Positions 17,063 through 21,815 of a DNA stretch of 21,815 nt are shown here, piece after piece (position 1 is the first letter of the stretch; every line of letters begins with the position of its first letter). The notes below the pieces were generated by a model. The model was not told the DNA's origin. It was given only the letters and a program-made list of their open reading frames with translations, and did no database searches. The position numbers and the translations under genes were made by a program. Source of the DNA: a candidate division WOR-3 bacterium (GTDB lineage Bacteria > Hydrothermota > UBA3072 > B12-G15); the NCBI GenBank assembly GCA_965649055.1, contig CBFGJG010000035.1, positions 1-21,815 on the forward strand, given 5' to 3'.

Positions 17063-18015
17063 TTTAACCTCCTATAATTTTTTACTTTACCATTTAACTC
17101 ACCCGAAACTATTATCGAATAATACAGGTCTCTTTCTATTTCATCTTTAAAGGGGAAAAATATATATTTTTTACCAATCCCACAGGAGACAAAAACATTA
17201 TCCACAAAAAAGCCAATATATCCTTCAACATTATCTTCAATCGAGATTGTAATTGATGGTCTTCCTTTTTGATCATATAATTTATCTACTTGTTTATAAA
17301 CTATATTAATTGGTGATAAAATACTATATGCAAAAAGTGTATCAATCGGGTCTTTTATTTTACCATTATAATCGTTTTTTAAAAGAAAAAATTCAACCTT
17401 ACCTTTATTAAAAATTCTTTCATCAATATCTCTTACCTCTTTAAATTTTAAAATATTCCCTTCTATGGAAATATCTCTTTCGCCAAAAGTAATCAATCTC
17501 TTGATTAAATTATCTATCTCGCCTTCATAATCAATGTAAAATTTTGCAGTTGGAGATCTATCTTTTGATATAATTATCCTGAAAAAAGCGTTATCCCCGG
17601 AACATATTATATTTCTTATCGTAGAATCTTTAATAAAGATCTCACCCTTACCAATTCCTGCGTTTGGATTTAAGAAGAAAAGATTTGCAGTAAAATTAAA
17701 AATATAAAAACCATTCTTATACTCTTTAAATTTAAAATCGTTTTCTCCAGATACTACCCTTATCATCTCATAGGGATTAAAATCTTGTAATTTCTCTTTC
17801 TTCCCATCAATAACAATTTCCCCTTCCATCTGATATTTTCCACCACCAATGTAATTACCTTTTGACTTAAAAGTCATAATTTTATTTTTCATTTCCCATT
17901 CAAAAGAAAAACCACTTTCAAGATTATCTATCATTTCTTTTATATTAAAATTGGGTATATCATTTATAATCATCTGTTTTTTAGCACAAAAAGAAATAAA
18001 TATGAAAAAAAACAT
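17059..18015 (-). CDS. Hypothetical probable lipoprotein with C-terminal SecD P1-like domain
   Basis: MFFFIFISF-C10 N-terminus. The C-terminal half has KRLITFG, GKVEFFL, DQKGRPSITI, IGFFVDNVFVS and SGEL segments that parallel the SecD periplasmic domain. No internal TM helices. Confidence 0.6.
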   Translation of the reverse strand: MFFFIFISFCAKKQMIINDIPNFNIKEMIDNLESGFSFEWEMKNKIMTFKSKGNYIGGGKYQMEGEIVIDGKKEKLQDFNPYEMIRVVSGENDFKFKEYKNGFYIFNFTANLFFLNPNAGIGKGEIFIKDSTIRNIICSGDNAFFRIIISKDRSPTAKFYIDYEGEIDNLIKRLITFGERDISIEGNILKFKEVRDIDERIFNKGKVEFFLLKNDYNGKIKDPIDTLFAYSILSPINIVYKQVDKLYDQKGRPSITISIEDNVEGYIGFFVDNVFVSCGIGKKYIFFPFKDEIERDLYYSIIVSGELNGKVKNYRRLK

Positions 18016-18795
18016 TTAAAACTCCAGAACTTTGAAACCGAATTTTTTTATAGTTGTCTCAGCCTCAACAATACCATAATCGAGATGTTCCTTTTTATGA
18101 GCATCACTACCTATTGAAATATATATTCCGCCAACGTCTTTATATATCTCAAGAAGTTCTTCAGACGGATAAGGTTCTCCGGTTTGCTGTCTTAATCCAG
18201 ATGTGTTTATTTCAGGAATGATGTTCCTTTCAACTGCTTCACGAAATATCTTTTCAATCTTTAAGTGAAATTTTTTCCATACATGCTTTGCTATCTCTAT
18301 GTTTGTTGCGTATTTCTTATAATAATCAAAATGACCAATTATATTAAAAATCCCTGATAAAACGAGATTATTAAGTTCTTCGTAATAAATCCCGGCAGCA
18401 TATTCAATCTCATCATCTGCAAAACTTTTCATCCAATCCGAAATTATAGTATCATTCATACAATGTATTGAACCTATTTTAATTTCAAATCTTTTATTAT
18501 TAAGGTATTCCTTTATTTCATTTTCTCTGACTTTTTCATAACCTACCTCAACACCGAAAATAATTTTTATATTATTATATTTAATATTTAACATTTCATT
18601 CAAATTTTCAGCATCTTCATACTTGTAATGACCATAAGCAGGGTCTTTGGGATTAAAATCAAGATGGTCAGTTATTGAAATTACATTATAATTCCTGAGA
18701 AGGGAATTTTCAACTATGAATTCAGGGTCAAGTTCAGAATCAAATGAAAATTTTGAATGTATATGAAGATTTACTTTAGGATAGTAATTCATCAA
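18016..18795 (-). CDS. PHP-family phosphatase, histidinol-phosphatase HisJ/HisK-like
   Basis: NLHIHSKFSFDS, ITDH, GVEVG, GSIH, GHFDY, EINTSG, GSDAH. Confidence 0.9.
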   Translation of the reverse strand: MMNYYPKVNLHIHSKFSFDSELDPEFIVENSLLRNYNVISITDHLDFNPKDPAYGHYKYEDAENLNEMLNIKYNNIKIIFGVEVGYEKVRENEIKEYLNNKRFEIKIGSIHCMNDTIISDWMKSFADDEIEYAAGIYYEELNNLVLSGIFNIIGHFDYYKKYATNIEIAKHVWKKFHLKIEKIFREAVERNIIPEINTSGLRQQTGEPYPSEELLEIYKDVGGIYISIGSDAHKKEHLDYGIVEAETTIKKFGFKVLEF

Positions 18796-19642
18796 TAAAC
18801 TCTTCCGGATTAAATTCTACGATATCGTCTATTCCTTCCCCAATTCCCACAAAAACAACAGGTATATTAAATTTTTTTATAATTGGTATAATTATTCCAC
18901 CTTTTGCAGTTCCATCCATCTTTGATAAAACAATCCCTGTAATCTCGATACTTTTATGAAACATCTCTATCTGGTTCAATGCGTTTTGTCCTGTTGTTCC
19001 ATCAATAACAATAAAGATTTCCTGTGGAATATCGCTCCTTTTCTTGTTCAATGTTCTTTTTATCTTCTTCATCTCTTCAAGTAAATTCACCTTTGTATGA
19101 AGTCTTCCAGCTGTATCAATTAAAAGACAGTCAATACTTCTTGCAACTGCAGCATCAAAAGCATCGAAAGCAACTGCCGATGGATCTGAACCATAGTTTG
19201 AAGAAATTATATCACCACCCGACCTTTCTGCCCAGATTTTCAACTGTTCCTGAGCACCTGTTCTAAAAGTATCACATGCAGCGAAAAGGACCTTTTTACC
19301 TTTTTTTGAAAGATAATAACCAATCTTTCCTATAGATGTTGTCTTCCCTACTCCATTTACTCCAACGAAAAGATATGTAACAGGCTTCTGATAATCTTTT
19401 TCTTCCAGTTTAACATTAACTATATTTATTAAGATTTCCTTAAGTCTATTAATATAATTTTCAGGATTTGTTTTTTTCAGTTCATTAAGGATTTCATTAG
19501 TTGTTTCAATTCCCACATCCCCTGAAATAAGAATGTATTCAATCTCTTTCAGTGCTTCAGGGTCTTTTCTTCTTAAAAGATTAACTATTTTACCAAAAAT
19601 ATTTTCTTTAGTTTTCTTTATTGCTTCCCTTAAAGATTTCAA
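18776..19642 (-). CDS. ftsY: Signal recognition particle receptor FtsY (NG domain only)
   Basis: GVNGVGKTT, DTFR, DTAGRL, DGTTGQN, KMDGTAKGG, GIGEGIDD. Confidence 0.97.
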   Translation of the reverse strand: MKSLREAIKKTKENIFGKIVNLLRRKDPEALKEIEYILISGDVGIETTNEILNELKKTNPENYINRLKEILINIVNVKLEEKDYQKPVTYLFVGVNGVGKTTSIGKIGYYLSKKGKKVLFAACDTFRTGAQEQLKIWAERSGGDIISSNYGSDPSAVAFDAFDAAVARSIDCLLIDTAGRLHTKVNLLEEMKKIKRTLNKKRSDIPQEIFIVIDGTTGQNALNQIEMFHKSIEITGIVLSKMDGTAKGGIIIPIIKKFNIPVVFVGIGEGIDDIVEFNPEEFIDELLS

Positions 19643-20553
19643 CTCTTTAACCCCTTCTCTATTCTTTCTATTCTTTCTTCAATCCTTGAAATAATTTCGG
19701 CAAGAAAACCTATTGCAAACAGAACCAGACCTGAAATGACAAGTAAAATTGTAAGGTAAAGTAAAGGTCTCCAACCTCTATGGAAAAAGAACCTCAGTAT
19801 TATATCGTAAATACCCACAAATATTCCAAGCAATATGCTAATTATTCCTGCATTTCCAAAAAGCAATAATGGTTTTTTCATAAATGAAATTTGAAATTTT
19901 ACAGAGAGTAGATCGAGAAATCCTATGAAGATTCTACCTTTCCCGGAGTATTTCGGTTTTCCACTATACCTTGGGTAAAGTGTTACCTCCACTTCTGCAT
20001 CTTTAAAACCTTTTTCAACGGCAAGTGCGACAATGTATCTATGCCAATCTTTTCTCAGGTTTATTTCTTCAAGAATTTCTCTTCTCATTAACTTTATTGA
20101 ATTCTGATCATGTATGTGTATATGAAATAATAATCGAGAAAGTAAATTGTACACTGTTGAAACGAATTTTTTTTCATATTTTCCTTTCTTTAATCCTGTT
20201 ACAATATCATATCCCTCTTCAAGTTTTTTTATAAGAAAAGGTATTTCAAGCGGGTCGTATTGGAGATCGGCATCAAGTATACAAATTGCATCTCCTGTAG
20301 AATTTTCAAATCCAGTCAATATTGCGTCCGTCTTCCCAAGATTTACTCTATGCTTGATAACTTTAAGGAATTTGTATTTTTTCTTAAGATTTAAAGCTAT
20401 CTTGAATGTTTTATCTGTTGAACCATCGTCCACCAATATAACTTCGAATTTTTTATTGGAAGTTGATACAAGCTCATAAATTCTCTTCAATAAAGGCTGT
20501 ATATTACCTTCTTCATTAAAAGCAGGGATTATTATACTAATTTTTTGAACCAT
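19639..20553 (-). CDS. Glycosyltransferase family 2, polyprenyl-phosphate glycosyltransferase type (ArnC/GtrB-like)
   Basis: IIIPAFNEE, VDDGSTD, DADLQYDP, two C-terminal TM helices ending GFLAEII. Likely start is MVQKIS at 20553 rather than 20601. Confidence 0.9.
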   Translation of the reverse strand: MVQKISIIIPAFNEEGNIQPLLKRIYELVSTSNKKFEVILVDDGSTDKTFKIALNLKKKYKFLKVIKHRVNLGKTDAILTGFENSTGDAICILDADLQYDPLEIPFLIKKLEEGYDIVTGLKKGKYEKKFVSTVYNLLSRLLFHIHIHDQNSIKLMRREILEEINLRKDWHRYIVALAVEKGFKDAEVEVTLYPRYSGKPKYSGKGRIFIGFLDLLSVKFQISFMKKPLLLFGNAGIISILLGIFVGIYDIILRFFFHRGWRPLLYLTILLVISGLVLFAIGFLAEIISRIEERIERIEKGLKS

Positions 20554-21461
20554 TCTATTGTCTTCTTTAATCCGTCTCTCAATGTTGTTTTTGGTTCCCA
20601 TTTTAATATCTCCTTTGCCCTTGTAATATCAGGCCTTCTTCTTAAAGGGTCATCTTCAGGCAATGGCAGAAAAACAAATTTTTTCTCGATATTCAGTAAT
20701 TCACAAAGAATATTGGCAGTTTCGAGAATAGTGAATTCTTCAGGGTTTCCAATATTTACAGGAAGATGGAAATCCGATTCCATAAGTTTTATTAAAGCTT
20801 CAACAGTATCATCCACATAACAATAGCTTCTTGTTTGTAATCCATTACCATAAATTGTGAGTGGTTGATTTTTCAGAGCTTGCGATATTAGATTCGGGAA
20901 AACCCTTCCATCATTCACATCCATATAAGGCCCATATGTATTAAAAATTCTTGCAATTCTTGTATCGAGTTTATAAACTCTATGATATGCCATAACAAGT
21001 GCTTCGCTAAATCTTTTGGATTCGTCATAGCAACTTCTCGGTCCAATAGGATTTACATTTCCCCTATAATTTTCTTCCTGTGGGTGCACTTCAGGGTCAC
21101 CATATACTTCTGATGTGGAAGTAAAGAGAACCTTTGCCTTATATCTTCTTGCATACTCAAGAACATTCAATGTTCCTATACTTCCAACCTTTAATGTTTC
21201 CAAGGGCCTTCTTAAATAATGATAAACACTTGCAATAGAAGCAAGATGGTAAATTTCGTCTACACCGCCAAAATCAAATGTAACATTTATATCGTGTTCA
21301 AAAAGATTAAAATTTTTTTGCGAAATTAATTCCTTAATATTATTCATTGAACCAGTTACAAAATTATCAACTACTATCACATAATTTCCAAGGCTGTGCA
21401 GTCTTCTTGCGAGATTTGAACCGATAAATCCTGCTCCACCTGTTATTAATATTCTTTTCAT
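20532..21461 (-). CDS. UDP-glucuronate decarboxylase (UDP-xylose synthase)-family SDR
   Basis: ITGGAGFIGS, TSTSEVYGDP, GNVNPIGPRSCYDESKR, RIFNTYGP, DDPLRRRPDI. Confidence 0.92.
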   Translation of the reverse strand: MKRILITGGAGFIGSNLARRLHSLGNYVIVVDNFVTGSMNNIKELISQKNFNLFEHDINVTFDFGGVDEIYHLASIASVYHYLRRPLETLKVGSIGTLNVLEYARRYKAKVLFTSTSEVYGDPEVHPQEENYRGNVNPIGPRSCYDESKRFSEALVMAYHRVYKLDTRIARIFNTYGPYMDVNDGRVFPNLISQALKNQPLTIYGNGLQTRSYCYVDDTVEALIKLMESDFHLPVNIGNPEEFTILETANILCELLNIEKKFVFLPLPEDDPLRRRPDITRAKEILKWEPKTTLRDGLKKTIEWFKKLV

Positions 21462-21815
21462 TCCGGTATCACCTTTATAAAAGTCCTTTTACCAAATTTA
21501 ATTATCATCTCTTGATCCACATTAATTTCCATATTTACATCTGTTATTTTCTCATTATTTATTTTAAGACCACCTTGGTTAATAACCCTTCTTATCTCAC
21601 TTGAAGAGTTAGAAACACCAGAATTTAATAGAAGTTTAACAATCCAGATCTTTTCTCCTCTTTTTAATCTCACTTCGTTCATCCTGTCCGGGGTTTCTCT
21701 TTTTGAAAAAACCTTTAAAAAGTTTTCTTTTGCATATTCTGCTTTTTCTATTGAATGATACATTGAAACAATTTTATAAGCCAATTCTAATTTTAGATTC
21801 ATAGGATTTTCTTTT
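21458..21815 (-). CDS. tyrS: Tyrosine--tRNA ligase, C-terminal part with S4 domain (5' end outside the window)
   Basis: NPMNLKLELAYKIVSMYH...F.KVF, then S4 motif SSSEIRRVINQGGLKIN...KFGKRTF. The frame is open to the window edge. Confidence 0.9.
   Translation of the reverse strand, partial: KENPMNLKLELAYKIVSMYHSIEKAEYAKENFLKVFSKRETPDRMNEVRLKRGEKIWIVKLLLNSGVSNSSSEIRRVINQGGLKINNEKITDVNMEINVDQEMIIKFGKRTFIKVIPE

Noticed and set aside
18776..19642. FtsY lacking the acidic A domain
   Set aside because: NG-only FtsY is common in many bacterial lineages.
20554..20601. Extended GT2 start at 20601 from the ORF track
   Set aside because: It adds 16 residues outside the GT2 domain and a 70-nt overlap. 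MVQKISIIIP at 20553 fits the GT2 domain start.
1699..20820. Many 60-110 aa alternative-frame or antisense ORFs in the track
   Set aside because: All lie within well-supported genes and show no family motifs.
1..21815. CRISPR arrays, tRNA/rRNA genes, mobile elements, stop-codon recoding
   Set aside because: No repeat-spacer pattern, no non-coding gap above about 200 nt, no transposase or integrase. TAA, TAG and TGA all end full-length conserved genes.

Overview
An AT-rich, very gene-dense housekeeping region from a diderm bacterium. DnaK carries the Gram-negative-type N-terminal insert, and there are lipoproteins and a periplasmic-type amidase. The PorU/gingipain-like C25 protein with a FlgD/T9SS-type C-terminal domain and the low GC suggest candidate phylum WOR-3 or an FCB-related lineage (inference only). 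Plus strand: RRM RNA-binding gene, lepB-pilB-(Lrp/AsnC ligand-binding domain), grpE-dnaK-dnaJ, and smpB-amidase-murI. Minus strand: a LolB-like lipoprotein / TPR-zinc membrane protein / DUF4388 operon, and a gap-free ~9 kb run: tyrS(partial)-UDP-glucuronate decarboxylase-GT2-ftsY-PHP phosphatase-unknown lipoprotein-Trm112-C25/PorU-like-TIGR00725. I saw no rRNA, tRNA, CRISPR array or mobile element. The most interesting signals: (1) four apparently exported or membrane proteins start with ultrashort hydrophobic leaders lacking a basic n-region, with in-frame stops just upstream; (2) a probable lipoprotein whose C-terminal half resembles the SecD periplasmic P1 domain without any SecD membrane segments, encoded next to ftsY and the PorU-like gene; (3) a multibranched AU-rich structure in the 5' leader of the RRM gene; (4) a non-CIRCE inverted repeat over the -35 of the grpE-dnaK-dnaJ promoter. 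All family calls come from motif recognition by eye; no database searches were run.
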